Shown here: piece by piece, positions 18,208 to 29,045 of the stretch | How the letters are laid out: each line of letters starts with the position of its first letter | How positions within the stretch are numbered: the first letter of the stretch is position 1 | Source of the DNA: an uncultured delta proteobacterium | GTDB taxonomy: Bacteria; Desulfobacterota; Binatia; UBA9968 | NCBI GenBank assembly: GCA_963804165.1 | Contig: CAWDPO010000036.1 | Location: 58,682 to 122,681, forward strand | Direction of reading: 5' to 3' | Length of the DNA: 64,000 nt | Program-made: the position numbers and the translations under genes | The notes under the pieces: generated by a model | The model's database searches: none | Told to the model about the DNA's origin: nothing | What the model saw: only the letters and a program-made list of their open reading frames with translations

Positions 18208-19449
18208 ATGCTTTACAACAAAGAAAGACTAATTGCTTTAATGGACAAGTTCGATCTCGCAGGAGTCGTCGCGGCGACGCCGGAGAATATTTATTATCTC
18301 AGCGGCCACGCTTCGTGGAGCCAGAACGGCTATCGCTACGGCGGCTCGCAGGTCTATGTCGTCTATCCGCGCGATCCGAAGCAGAAGCCGGCTTTGCTGA
18401 TTCCCGGCGGCGATGTCGGCTATGCGTCGCTCGATGCCGTCTGGGTTGAAGAGAAGTACATTTACGGCCGGCCGCGAAATCCACACATTGCCGACATGTC
18501 GAGACTTTCCACTGTCGAGCAGCGAACCGTGAAGCTTGCTGGGAGCGATTCCAAAGGCCTGACGCCAGAGAAAGCGCTGGCCCAGCTCATCGAAGAAAAG
18601 GGCATGGCCAATGGCCGCATCGGCATGGACCATTTCGCCATTCCGATTACGATTTACGAGAGGATTAGAGCGGGGCTGCCGCGCGCGACTTTGTTGCCAG
18701 CTTCGATGTTTTTTCGCTACGTGCGCATGATCAAGACTCTGGAAGAGATTCAGCGCCTTCGAGAATCAGCCGAGATGAACGAACAGGCGATCAATACGAT
18801 GCTGCGGGCATGCAGACCCAGAGTGACAGAAAACGAGTTGGCGAGCATCTATAAAGGCGAAATCGCCAAGGCCGGGGGGCAAGTGTATTGGATGCATATG
18901 GCGGTGACGCGCGGCGGCAATTTCCCCGCGATCAAGGACAACGTCTTGCAAAAGGGCGATATCTTCCGCGTCGACATGGGCTGTTCGATCAACGGCTATC
19001 ACGCCGACGTGTGCAAATCCGGTTGCGTCGGCGCCGAGCCGACGGCGGAGCACCGCAAACGTTACGACGCGATCCAGGCTGGTGTGTTGAAGTCAGTTGA
19101 TGCGCTCAAGCCCGGCGTGAGGCCGCAAGAGCTTTACGAAACCATGATCGCCGGGGTGCGCGCCAACGGCTTGCCCAATTATTCGAATTTCTTCCTCGGT
19201 CACACGATTGGTCTCGAGGCGCGTGAGTTTCCCTTTTTGATCGGCCCGGCGGAAGAAGTCGACGATCCGTTTCTGCCGAACACTACAAACATTCCGATGG
19301 AGCCTGGCATGACGGTGAATCTGGAAGCGTCGAATCATGAAGCCGGTTGGGGAACCGTGCAAGTCGAGTATACTTGCACGGTGACGGAGAAAGGTCATGA
19401 GCATTTGATCAAACCGGAACAGCAGTTGTTCACGTTGCCGTTGCAGTAG
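18208..19449 (+). CDS. M24 family (Xaa-Pro) peptidase-like hydrolase
   Basis: PENIYYLSG, RMIKT.EEI, VDMG...GYHAD, GHTIGLE, NLE; SD GGGAGG. Confidence 0.87.
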   Translation: MLYNKERLIALMDKFDLAGVVAATPENIYYLSGHASWSQNGYRYGGSQVYVVYPRDPKQKPALLIPGGDVGYASLDAVWVEEKYIYGRPRNPHIADMSRLSTVEQRTVKLAGSDSKGLTPEKALAQLIEEKGMANGRIGMDHFAIPITIYERIRAGLPRATLLPASMFFRYVRMIKTLEEIQRLRESAEMNEQAINTMLRACRPRVTENELASIYKGEIAKAGGQVYWMHMAVTRGGNFPAIKDNVLQKGDIFRVDMGCSINGYHADVCKSGCVGAEPTAEHRKRYDAIQAGVLKSVDALKPGVRPQELYETMIAGVRANGLPNYSNFFLGHTIGLEAREFPFLIGPAEEVDDPFLPNTTNIPMEPGMTVNLEASNHEAGWGTVQVEYTCTVTEKGHEHLIKPEQQLFTLPLQ

Positions 19450-19482
19450 TCGAGGTGCGCGAATAGTAATTTAAAAAATATT

Positions 19483-19513
19483 GTAGGATGGGTTGAGCCA
19501 AGCGATACCCGTC
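19483..19513 (+). repeat. REP flanking the RAYT (left)
   Basis: GTAGGATGGGTTGAGCCAAGCGATACCCGTC. Confidence 0.85.
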
Positions 19514-19551
19514 GTTTGTTCTTTGTATAGCAATCGGTTTACCGTGCGCTG

Positions 19552-20094
19552 GTGCCTAACTATCGGCGTAACCTTGTCGAGGGCGGATCTTTTTTCTTTA
19601 CTGTTAACCTGGCGGACCGACATTCCCGTTTTCTTGTAGAGAGGATCGAACCTCTGCGGCAGGCATTCCGCCATACGCAGAGCCGCCATCCCTTTACGAT
19701 CGACGCGCTCGTGGTGTTACCCGATCATCTGCACGCTATCTGGACTTTGCCACCCGGTGACGCGGATTATGCGACACGATGGAGATTGATTAAAACCGGT
19801 TTTTCTAGAGGTGTTGAGCGCCTCGAAGAACGCTCCGAAAGCCGCCGTCTCAAACGTGAACGTGGGATCTGGCAGCGCAGATACTGGGAACACACGCTTC
19901 GAGACGAAGAGGATGTTGGGCGGCATTGTGATTACATTCATTATAATCCGGTAAAGCATGGACATGTAAAGTCGGCCATCGATTGGCCGTATTCCTCGTT
20001 CCAGCGGTTCGTTAGGCGCGGGTTGTATAGCGCCGATTGGGGCGGTGTGATCGGTCTTGAAGAGACCGCCTTTGGAGAGAGAGCAGGGCGATAA
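19552..20094 (+). mobile_element. rayT: REP-associated tyrosine transposase (RAYT, Y1 HUH)
   Basis: MPNYRR...FFFTVNL, VVLPDHLHAIW (HUH), IWQRRYWEH, DYIHYNPVKHG, WPYSSF; flanked by inverted GTAG REPs. Confidence 0.93.
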
Positions 20095-20101
20095 GAAATG
20101 A

Positions 20102-20132
20102 GATGGGTATCGCTTCGCTCAACCCATCCTAC
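20102..20132 (-). repeat. REP flanking the RAYT (right, inverted)
   Basis: GATGGGTATCGCTTCGCTCAACCCATCCTAC is nearly the reverse complement of the left REP. Confidence 0.85.
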
Positions 20133-20206
20133 AACTTGTTCACGAGAGTCCGAACTTTGATATTTCTTCTTTCGTTTCACGAAATAGTCCTCTGGAGGGA
20201 AGACAA

Positions 20207-21703
20207 ATGAATCTGCGTAAAGCTTTAGTTGTTTCAGTTATTGGTTCAGTCCTTCTTGTCGCTCACGTCTCCGCTCAGGAACGACGCGACGAGTTTTACT
20301 ACCTGGGAGAGCTTAACAAGGCGTCGTCGGTGATGGTGGTGGAGCAGGGCATCGTGCCGAAAACGCTTGGCAAGGTGATTGCGGAATCGGTTGCTCATGT
20401 GATCGCCGACGGGGAGAAGACAGGCGCGAAGCGACCGGGCGATTACCTTGAGTTGGAAAAATTGCTGATCGCGGCGGGCGGGGCGGACGTAACGCGAATG
20501 CATTCCGGGCGCAGCCGGCAGGACATCGGTGCGACGCGAAACCGTTTGTTCCAGCGCGCGCAAGTTTTAACCACGTTCGCGGCGCTCAACAACGCGCGCG
20601 CGACGCTGCTCGATTTTGCGGCGAAGTATCCCGATGCGATCGTGCCGGCGTACACCGTCGGCGTGCAGGCGCAGCCCATTTCCTTTGGTCATTACATTCT
20701 CGCCTACGTGGAGGCGCTGGAGCGCAACGCCGAGCGCCTGCGTCGCGCCTACGCTAACGTCAATAAGTCACCGCTTGGCTCCGCGGCGTTGGGGACTTCG
20801 AGTTTCCCAGTCAATCGCGCCCGGCTGGCCGAATTGCTGGGTTTTGACGGGATCGTAGAAAATTCCCTCGATGCGAATCAGATTTCGCCCATCGACACCG
20901 GCGTCGAGCTCGTGAGCGTAGCGAGCGCGGCGGCGCTGACGGTCGGAACCTTCATTTCCGATCTTGAAGCGCAATATCGCATGACTACGCCTTGGCTGAC
21001 ACTCGAAGAAGGCGAGCTGACCGGCACTAGCAGCATCATGCCGCAAAAGCGCAATCCCAACGCGCTGCATAACATCCGCGTGGCGGCGAGCGAGGTTTTG
21101 GGGATCAGCACAACTTATCTTTTCAAAGCGCATAACGTGCCGCACGGACTCGGTGACTATAAAGGCAGGGAGCCGGTGGAAGGGCTCGATCGGATGGCGC
21201 GCATGTTGAACAATCTCACGGTGGTGGCGAAGCAGCTCAATTTCAACGCCAAGCGCGCGCTGGATGAGGTCAATGCCGACTATTCGACGACGACCGAACT
21301 TGCGGACGTATTGCAGCGTGACGCCGACGTGCCATTTCGCGTCGGCCATCACTTTGCGTCGGAACTGGTCAATTTCGGGCGCGGGAATAATCTCCGGCCG
21401 GTCGATATTCCTTACGATCAGGCGAAACGAATTTACATCGACGCGGCGAAATCTTTCAAAATGACCAACGCGCAGTTGCCGCTGAGCGAGGCGCAGTTTC
21501 GAAAATCGCTGACGGCCGAAAATATGGTTCAATCGGCGCGCGTGGTCGGCGGCCCGCAGCCGGCGGAAGTCGCGCGCATGCTCACGGCCCAGCGAGCAGG
21601 TTTGAAAAACGACCGGGAATGGTTGGATAGCACGCACAAAAAGTTGGACGGCGCGTCCAAGCAACTGGATGCGGCATTTGCACAATTGCAGTCTGTTCCG
21701 TGA
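20207..21703 (+). CDS. Argininosuccinate lyase-like (fumarase/aspartase superfamily) protein with signal peptide
   Basis: HSGRSRQD, SPLGSAAL, SSIMPQKRNP signature, VPFRVGH; N-terminus MNLRKALVVSVIGSVLLVAHVSA-Q. Confidence 0.85.
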   Translation: MNLRKALVVSVIGSVLLVAHVSAQERRDEFYYLGELNKASSVMVVEQGIVPKTLGKVIAESVAHVIADGEKTGAKRPGDYLELEKLLIAAGGADVTRMHSGRSRQDIGATRNRLFQRAQVLTTFAALNNARATLLDFAAKYPDAIVPAYTVGVQAQPISFGHYILAYVEALERNAERLRRAYANVNKSPLGSAALGTSSFPVNRARLAELLGFDGIVENSLDANQISPIDTGVELVSVASAAALTVGTFISDLEAQYRMTTPWLTLEEGELTGTSSIMPQKRNPNALHNIRVAASEVLGISTTYLFKAHNVPHGLGDYKGREPVEGLDRMARMLNNLTVVAKQLNFNAKRALDEVNADYSTTTELADVLQRDADVPFRVGHHFASELVNFGRGNNLRPVDIPYDQAKRIYIDAAKSFKMTNAQLPLSEAQFRKSLTAENMVQSARVVGGPQPAEVARMLTAQRAGLKNDREWLDSTHKKLDGASKQLDAAFAQLQSVP

Positions 21704-22704
21704 TGACATGGCGAGTGACCGCAACAATGAGTCTTGCGAAGCCTTCGTTACGTCGTTTGGTCAAACTTCTTTCTGCCGTGCTGCTCGGCGCTGTGATCGG
21801 TGTGAACGGAGCCGCTTTCATGCAGGTTTGGGCGATGACACATTTTGCCGAGCGCGGCGAGCGCACGGCGCGCCCGGAACGCTTGAGTGTTTTCGATAAA
21901 GTCACCGTCTTTTTCTCAGGCGTGAATATTCCGCGGCCACAGAACAGGCGCACACCGGCTGATCTAGGTCTTGCGTACGAGATGCATCGCTTCGCGAGTT
22001 CAAACGCCTCACCGTTGGAGGCGTGGTATATACCTGGAATGGACGCGCTGCCGCTGATTGCACTTTTTCATGGTTACGCTGCAAGCAAGTCTTCGTTATT
22101 GTCGGCGGCGCAAGTTTTTCACGAGCTGGGTTCCGCTACACTATTGGTGGATTTTTATGGTTCCGGGGGATCTTCAGGTACCGGAACGACCATCGGCCTG
22201 AAAGAAGCGGGCGATGTCGTAGCGACCGTGGATTACATCCGGCGGACGTGGCCGAACCGCAAAGTGGTTCTCTACGGGATTTCCATGGGCGGGGCAGCCG
22301 TGCTCCGCGCTATTGGGACGGAAAAGATCAATCCCGATGCCGTCATTGTTGAGGCGACGTTCGATAGCCTGCTGAATGCCGGCAAAAGTCGCTTCCGTGC
22401 AATGGGTCTTCCGGGGTCGCCGTTCGCTGAGCTGCTGATTTTTTGGGGAAGTGTGCAGACCGGTTCCAACTTGTTTTTGTACAATCCCGTCGACTACGCG
22501 CGCTCGGTGAATTGCCCGACGCTGATCTTGCACGGCGAGAAGGATGAACGCGCGACGCTGGAGCAAGCCCGCGCGATTGCGGCGGCGATGGGGCAGAATG
22601 CACGATTCGTTTCCTTCGCCGGCGTGTCGCATAGGGCTATCGTCGAAGCTACACCTGTGGAGTGGACGCGCGAGGTGCGGGATTTTTTGCATGGCGCTCT
22701 CTAG
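21700..22704 (+). CDS. Membrane-anchored alpha/beta hydrolase
   Basis: N-terminal hydrophobic helix, FHGY, YGISMGG, HGEKD. Confidence 0.82.
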   Translation: MMTWRVTATMSLAKPSLRRLVKLLSAVLLGAVIGVNGAAFMQVWAMTHFAERGERTARPERLSVFDKVTVFFSGVNIPRPQNRRTPADLGLAYEMHRFASSNASPLEAWYIPGMDALPLIALFHGYAASKSSLLSAAQVFHELGSATLLVDFYGSGGSSGTGTTIGLKEAGDVVATVDYIRRTWPNRKVVLYGISMGGAAVLRAIGTEKINPDAVIVEATFDSLLNAGKSRFRAMGLPGSPFAELLIFWGSVQTGSNLFLYNPVDYARSVNCPTLILHGEKDERATLEQARAIAAAMGQNARFVSFAGVSHRAIVEATPVEWTREVRDFLHGAL

Positions 22705-22842
22705 TAACGAGTTCGCGTTCATTGCCCTCGACTATCCGACGAGTTCTACACTTTTATCTCAGCAACTGGGACTTCTCCGCAGCGAACGCGTCAAAAATTT
22801 CTCCGGTATCAGTTTGCCGCGCGGCGCATTCGGCGCTAATAA

Positions 22843-23033
<191 letters not shown>

Positions 23034-23060
23034 GTCCGGAAAAAAAAAAACAAACGCACC

Positions 23061-24475
23061 GTGGATTCACGCGTCAACTATTTGCTGCTCGCGACCGCGC
23101 TTCTCGGAACATTTTTCTCGGGCACCGCGACGCGGATCGTCGCCATCTCGATGCCGACGGTAGCGCAGAGTCTGGGCACGGACCTGCTCGGCATCTCTTG
23201 GGCATTACTTTCGTATCAATTATCGAACATAGGGCTCTCGGTCATCTTTGGCCGCATCTCCGATATGTGGGGCCGGGAAAAGATGTTCGCCTTGGGATTT
23301 CTCGTTTTTGCGGTTAGCTCCTTACTGTGCGGATTCTCGCAGACGCTGCTGCAGCTGATTATCGCGCGTTTTGTGCAAGGCGTCGGCGGCGCGATGCTCC
23401 AATCGTCGAGCCGCGCGCTGGCGTCAGAGTCGGTGACCGAAGACCTTGCCGGTCGGGCCCAAGGCTATATGACGACCGCGCACCATACAGGTTTTATTCT
23501 CGGGCCGAGCATCGGCGGGGTCTGATGATCGACTATTTCAGCTGGCGGTGGAGTTTTTTCCTGCTCGCGCCCATCGGCTTCGGCGGAATGTTGCTGGCGT
23601 TGATGAACATGAAGCGGCGCCGCTCCGTCCGTCGCCTTACTCGGGCTCGATCGACTACTCGGCGCGGCGTTGCTCTTCGCCGTCACGACGACGCTGGTGT
23701 TTATCTTGGATCGCCGCACCCACCAGATGATCGGCGACGCGACCAAGAGTGTCCTGCTGGCGGTTTTTTTCGCGAGCTTGGTGGGCTTTCTTGCGCATGA
23801 ATCCCGCGCGAAAACGCCCTTCGTGAATTTGGAACTATTCAAGATCCGCCGCTTCAGCTTCAGTGTCGCCAGTCTGCTGGTCGTTTCGATCTGTTATTCA
23901 CTCACCGGCTTTCTGATGCCGTTTTACCTGCAGGACGTGTTGCGGCTTACGCCGACACAGGTCGGCATACTGTTCATGGCGCCTCGATCCTGACAGTTGC
24001 TCTCGCGCCACTGAGCGGCTATATGACCGACCGGCTCGGGCCGCGCATTCCGGCGACCGGCGGCGTGGTCTTTATGATGATTTCCCTCGCTGCCGGCGGT
24101 ATGTTACGGCCGGATTCCCACTGGTTATTGCCAGGGGCGCTGATCGTCGTCGGCGCAATTACCAACGGGATATTTAATCCTGCCAACTCGACCGCCATGA
24201 TCAGCATGATGCCGAAGGAGCACCGCGGCTTCGCCTCCGCAATGAATCACGTGACCTTCGGGTTTGGAAACGTGTTCGGCGTGGCGCTGGGCGGCTTGTC
24301 AATGTCGCTGGCGTTCGAATTTATACCGGGCGTCGAGGCGATAAATCTGACGGCTGAAAATCCGGCGGGCTTCGTTGCCGCGCTCAACACCACTTTTATG
24401 GCGGCGATTGTTTTCTGCATTGTTGGGATTTTTACGTCGGCGCTTCGAGGCGAAGGCCGCCTGGAGAATCGTTGA
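23061..24475 (+). CDS. DHA2/EmrB-type MFS transporter, frameshifted (about 3 breaks)
   Basis: Fragments 23061-23525, 23670-23993, 24023-24475; GRISDMWGR, ARFVQGVGGA, WRWSFF. Confidence 0.82.
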
Positions 24476-24612
24476 ATGCGAGTGTTCGATTCGCGATTCA
24501 ATTCGCACCGAACGGCCGGCGGACTTCTTTAATTTCGGCGTTAGGTAGATTTCATCCGCGGAAGGGTCGGTACATTTCTGAAATGCGTAAAAAACTATGA
24601 TGCAAAATTCCC

Positions 24613-25551
24613 ATGAAGGGTTATCTAGCGGCATTTAAGGGCGTCGAACGCTCAGCGCGACGATCGGGATTTGCGGTCCTCATAATAGCGCCGTTGTTAA
24701 CGTGTATGGCCGTTACGTTGGTGACCGGACGTGTGCGCGCCGCCCAAAATCCTGCATCAGCCGTTCTCAAAGACATTCCATATGGCGGCGCGGCAAAAGC
24801 GGATCGACGGCGCAGTCTCGATCTTTATCTGCCGGCGAGATCGTTCAAGAGACCGCCGCTTTTGATTTTCGTGCATGGGGGATTTTGGCTGTTACCCGAC
24901 GATGATTACAGTATTGGCCCATCGATTGCCGCTAACCTGGTACGGAACGGCGTCGCCGTCGCGCTGGTACGTTATCGCCTGGCGCCGGCGAATCGTCACC
25001 CCGCGCAGGCCGAGGACGTGGCCGCCGCCGTCGGCCATTTGATCAAACACGCGACTGAGTATGGTTTCGATGCTAAGCGCGTCTATCTGGCCGGCCACTC
25101 CGCGGGCGGACATTTGGCGTCGCTGGTAGCGCTCGATCGTACTTACCTCAGCCGCCACGGATTGTCGCCCAAGGCGCTGGCGGGCGTGGTTTCGATCAGC
25201 GGCCTTTACGACCTCGCGCCGTCGTGGAGTGTATCTGACAACCAAAAGCAGGCGACGGAGAAGACATTCGGCAATACTCCGGCGATTTTAAATCAGGCGT
25301 CGCCGATGCATCACGTCCGTGCCAATGCGCCGCGGTTTTTGATCGTTAACGCTTTTCAGGATTTTACCGGCTTCGCGCTGGACGCGCGCCGCTTCGCCGA
25401 TGCCCTTCGCTCCGCGGGGAATAAAGAGGTTCAGCAACTCATGTTCAAGGGTGCGGATCATTTTACCATCGTCAAACTCGACGACGAGAACCACCCGGTG
25501 CGCAAAACGATCCTCGCGTTCATGGGCGTCAAGGCGCTGCCGCAGGCGTAG
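24613..25551 (+). CDS. Alpha/beta hydrolase (esterase/arylformamidase-like), probably exported
   Basis: LDLYLP, FVHGGFW, YRLAP, AGHSAGG, DH. Confidence 0.85.
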   Translation: MKGYLAAFKGVERSARRSGFAVLIIAPLLTCMAVTLVTGRVRAAQNPASAVLKDIPYGGAAKADRRRSLDLYLPARSFKRPPLLIFVHGGFWLLPDDDYSIGPSIAANLVRNGVAVALVRYRLAPANRHPAQAEDVAAAVGHLIKHATEYGFDAKRVYLAGHSAGGHLASLVALDRTYLSRHGLSPKALAGVVSISGLYDLAPSWSVSDNQKQATEKTFGNTPAILNQASPMHHVRANAPRFLIVNAFQDFTGFALDARRFADALRSAGNKEVQQLMFKGADHFTIVKLDDENHPVRKTILAFMGVKALPQA

Positions 25552-25801
25552 ACTTGGAAGTATTTTGATAGGGCCAATTACGCGACAAACTTCACGACGG
25601 CGATTTGTTCCGATATTCCTACGCGTATCAAATTCTACATTATGAAGAATGTCGCGCCGAGAGGCTAAAAATTTGCGCAGCGCCGCCCAGTAACGTGACG
25701 GAGCCGCACACCATGCGGGTTTTGATTTTGTCAATCGATCGAGTCTGGAGTGGGGCACGGGTCCCGCGCGATAATCCAAGCCGGCGCGGTCGCCGCCGCA
25801 A

Positions 25802-26654
25802 TCAGTCCGGCGCGGCGATGTCCAGCAGCACGGCCTCGGGATCGGCGCCCCAGCGAATCGGCAGCGCGATACTGCCCAGGCCGCGGGAGACAACCAGCAA
25901 GGCGGAGCGAAACGCGTAAACGCCTTCATCGAGACAATAGCGGCTTTGCCTAATGATTGCGGGTCCGTTGGGCAGACGAATCTGGCCGCCATGGGTGTGT
26001 CCCGAGAGCATGAGCGGCACGCCGCGCTCTCTCGGCATCATGAAAATTATCGGGGTTGTGAGACATCAGTAGATGGGGCGTTCCGTGGCCGGATAACAGT
26101 GCTTCCCAATCGGGCTTGCCCATGATCCGATCGTCGATGCCGCCCAGAACAAAATACTTGCCGTGGTGGGTTGATGACACGCTCTCGTTTTTGAGTGTCT
26201 TGATGCCGATCGTCGCGAGATCTGTCGAAGTCTTTCCGGATCGCCGCCAAAATAATCATGGTTGCCAAAACAAAACCAAGCGCCCAGAGGCGCGGCGGTT
26301 AACGCTGCCAGCGAGTCAAATATGGATTGGCCTCGGTGATGTGGCCCGTGACCAGGTCGCCGCGACGACGACCAGATCGGGGTTCTCCTGCATCAAAGCG
26401 TGGATGATCTGGGAGAGCGTTTGCGGTTTCAAAAAAATTCCTCCGTGAATATCGGAGATTAACAGCACTCTAAGCGGCGCCAAGTCCGGCGGGCCAACCG
26501 GCTGGCGCGAGTTTGTTTCAGCGAGAGAAAGCGCCGTTCCAGGAACCAACAATAGGGGCTCCAGACATGGCCAAAAAGCGGATACACGAAACGCGAAAAA
26601 GAAATGTCCAGGTAGAGTTCGCAAAGCTTGATCAGTCCGCGGCTCGGGATTCAT
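25802..26654 (-). CDS. Metallophosphoesterase, heavily frameshifted
   Basis: Fragments carry ISDIHGG, SHNPD, LSGHTHGGQIRLP, VSRGLG. Confidence 0.75.
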
Positions 26655-26940
26655 CAAGCGGCGCTCATCGCCGGTCATCACTCGCGGCGGGGGGAGCCGC
26701 CGCCTCTTGAGGATCGTAGAATGATTTACGGTTGTGAGAATCTCGGCGCGCATATTCAAAGAAGACATTGTAACCCGCCGGCACTTTGAATTCACGCCGA
26801 ATTTCAGCTGCTTGACAAATTTCGTACTACGATCGTTAAAAGTTTTCGCTATGTGCGCAAATGTGTCCGGGATGGGACACTCCTACGCCGTACAAACTTA
26901 CAGGTGCACGCTAGGCACGTACCAAAACTTGAAAGCGCTC

Positions 26941-27012
26941 CACCTCTCCTCCCCCGCGTCGCGGGGGAGGATGAAAGGGGGGGAACTTCGCGGGCTTCGT
27001 TTACTTCGTGGT
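26941..27012. repeat. REP-like hairpin plus CTTCGT..CTTCGTGGT arm
   Basis: CCTCCCCCGCGTCGCGGGGGAGG hairpin; the CTTCGTGGT motif recurs at 41532. Confidence 0.6.
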
Positions 27013-28870
27013 TAAGTGAGAAAGCATGCTTGGATTAGCGCCGCATCTGTTCGATCCACCGTTCATTTTTGCTTCCAGGAGATCGAGCGGTAGCGCGCCG
27101 TCTTTGAGCAATTCGTCATGAAAGGCACGAATGTCGAACTTGGAGGCGAGCGCTATCTCGGCTTTCCGGCCGGATCGCCGAAATTTTAGCTGGCCGATTT
27201 TGTAGCCGAGGGCTTGTGCCGGCACCGCAATATAGCGATCGATTTCCGAGCTGGCGCCACTTTCGCCGCTCATAGTCGTGTCCATGAGAAACTTAATGGC
27301 TTGCTCGCGGCTCCAGTTCTTAACGTGCAGGCCGACATCGACGACGAGGCGGGCGGCACGAAATAATTCGGAATTCAGCCGACTGAAATATTGCGATGGC
27401 TCTTTGTAAAGCCCGAGCTCCGCACCGATGCTTTCGGCATAAAGCGCCCAGCCTTCGACGAAGGCGGTGTAATCGGCGAAACGTTGAAAACGCGGCAAGT
27501 CTTCGCGCTCCTGCTGCAGCGATAGCTGAAAATGATGACCCGGAAGCGCTTCGTGCAAAAAGAGCGGCTCGGAAGCACGGCGCGGGCTACTTTCGATCCT
27601 CGCCGCGTTGACGTAAAAGATGCCGGGGCGCGAGCCGTCCGGCGAGGCGGTCCAGTATTGCGACGGCGCAGCTCTTTCGCGAAATTCTTCGATGGTGCGG
27701 ATCTCAAACGGCGCCTTCGGTATGCGGCCGAAAAGTTTCGCAAGCTCGGGCATGACCATGCGGCGGATTGCTCTCATAACCTTTGACAAGATCGCTTCGA
27801 TTATTGATAACCGCGGGGCGCGTTGGCGCTAAGATAGTCGGAAAACTCTTTCAGGTTTCCCGAGAAACCATATGTGCGCGCGCAGCTGCTCCATTTCCTT
27901 TTTTATCCGCGCGACCTCTGCCATGCCCAACTGAAAGATTTGATCCGGAGTGAGATCGGTTGTCGTTTGGGTTGTAACCAGATGCTCGTACCAGGCGTTT
28001 CCATCGGGGAGCGCGGACAAAGCCGCGGTGCTACGGGTTTTGCCGAGGTAGTCTTCTTTCAGGAACGCCAGCAAAAGGCGGTAGGTCGGCACTATCTGCT
28101 GCTCGACGGCTTCCGTGTACGCGCGCGTGAGACGGGCGCGCTCCGGTCCGCTGAAATGATCGGGCATGCGCAAGATCGGCTGGTAAAACAGACTTGTTTT
28201 CGCGTCGCCGACGATCATCGCTTCGATCTGGGGCAAGGTTCTTTCGATGACGACGCGCGGCTGCACGATGCCAAGGTCTACGCCCTTTTGCAGATTTACG
28301 ATCGCGGTTTCGACCCAAAGTTGAAATCGTTCGATACGTTTCAGAAAATTTTCGTAATCGGCAACGGTTCTGAACGGGTGGGATCCGCTGCCTGAGCCAA
28401 GCAACGGAAACTCGACAGCAAGACTGGCGAGCTGGCGCACGGGCTGAGATGCTGCTTGAATCGTTGTCCGGCGATAGTGAGCCTTAGGTTGCGCGTGAAA
28501 ACTTCAACGATAAAGACGCTCTTTGGGATCGATTTCGTCTAACTGAATCTCCGCCACCCGATCAAGGGCGTGTTGAAAAAGGCGGCGCTGCGCGCCGATA
28601 TGTTCTTCGCTAATGGCGATTTCCAATTGGTCGTCGTAGCGATGGTCGCCGATCTCCGTTGCGAAAGTGGGAAATAGCGTCAAATAGGCTTCAAAATAGC
28701 TCTCGAAAAGTTCGTGGAGCTTGCGCGACTCGCTGGAGGCGGTTGGCAGATGCCGGAGCACCGCGCTACAGCCGAACAGAGTTAGACAGAGGACAATTGC
28801 CAGCGTGTAAGTGAAAACGGCAAAGTTTGATTTGCCGATGCGAAACAAGCTTCGTCGGTGCGGCGCCATG
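27001..28870 (-). CDS. DUF885 family protein (probable lipoprotein), frameshifted
   Basis: Fragments with GDHRYDD, DGSRPGIFYVN, HEALPGHH, EGWALYAE, RAARLVVDVGLH, QALGYKIG; LFGC lipobox. Confidence 0.85.
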
Positions 28871-29045
28871 ATTTGGCGGCAAGAGTAAGGCAGATATGAG
28901 GGACGGGTCAAGCGCCCTCGACGATGGCGGGACGGCTGATGAGGTAAGCTTGACTTTATAGAGGAATCCCGTATTTTCGCTCGCAGCGTCAGGGCTGACG
29001 GCTAAATCGCGGGAGGAGATCGCACATGCTTATTTCGCCAAAGAA

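Noticed and set aside
20207-21703. Assigning the symbol argH
   Set aside because: Signal peptide, missing conserved His and no arg genes nearby
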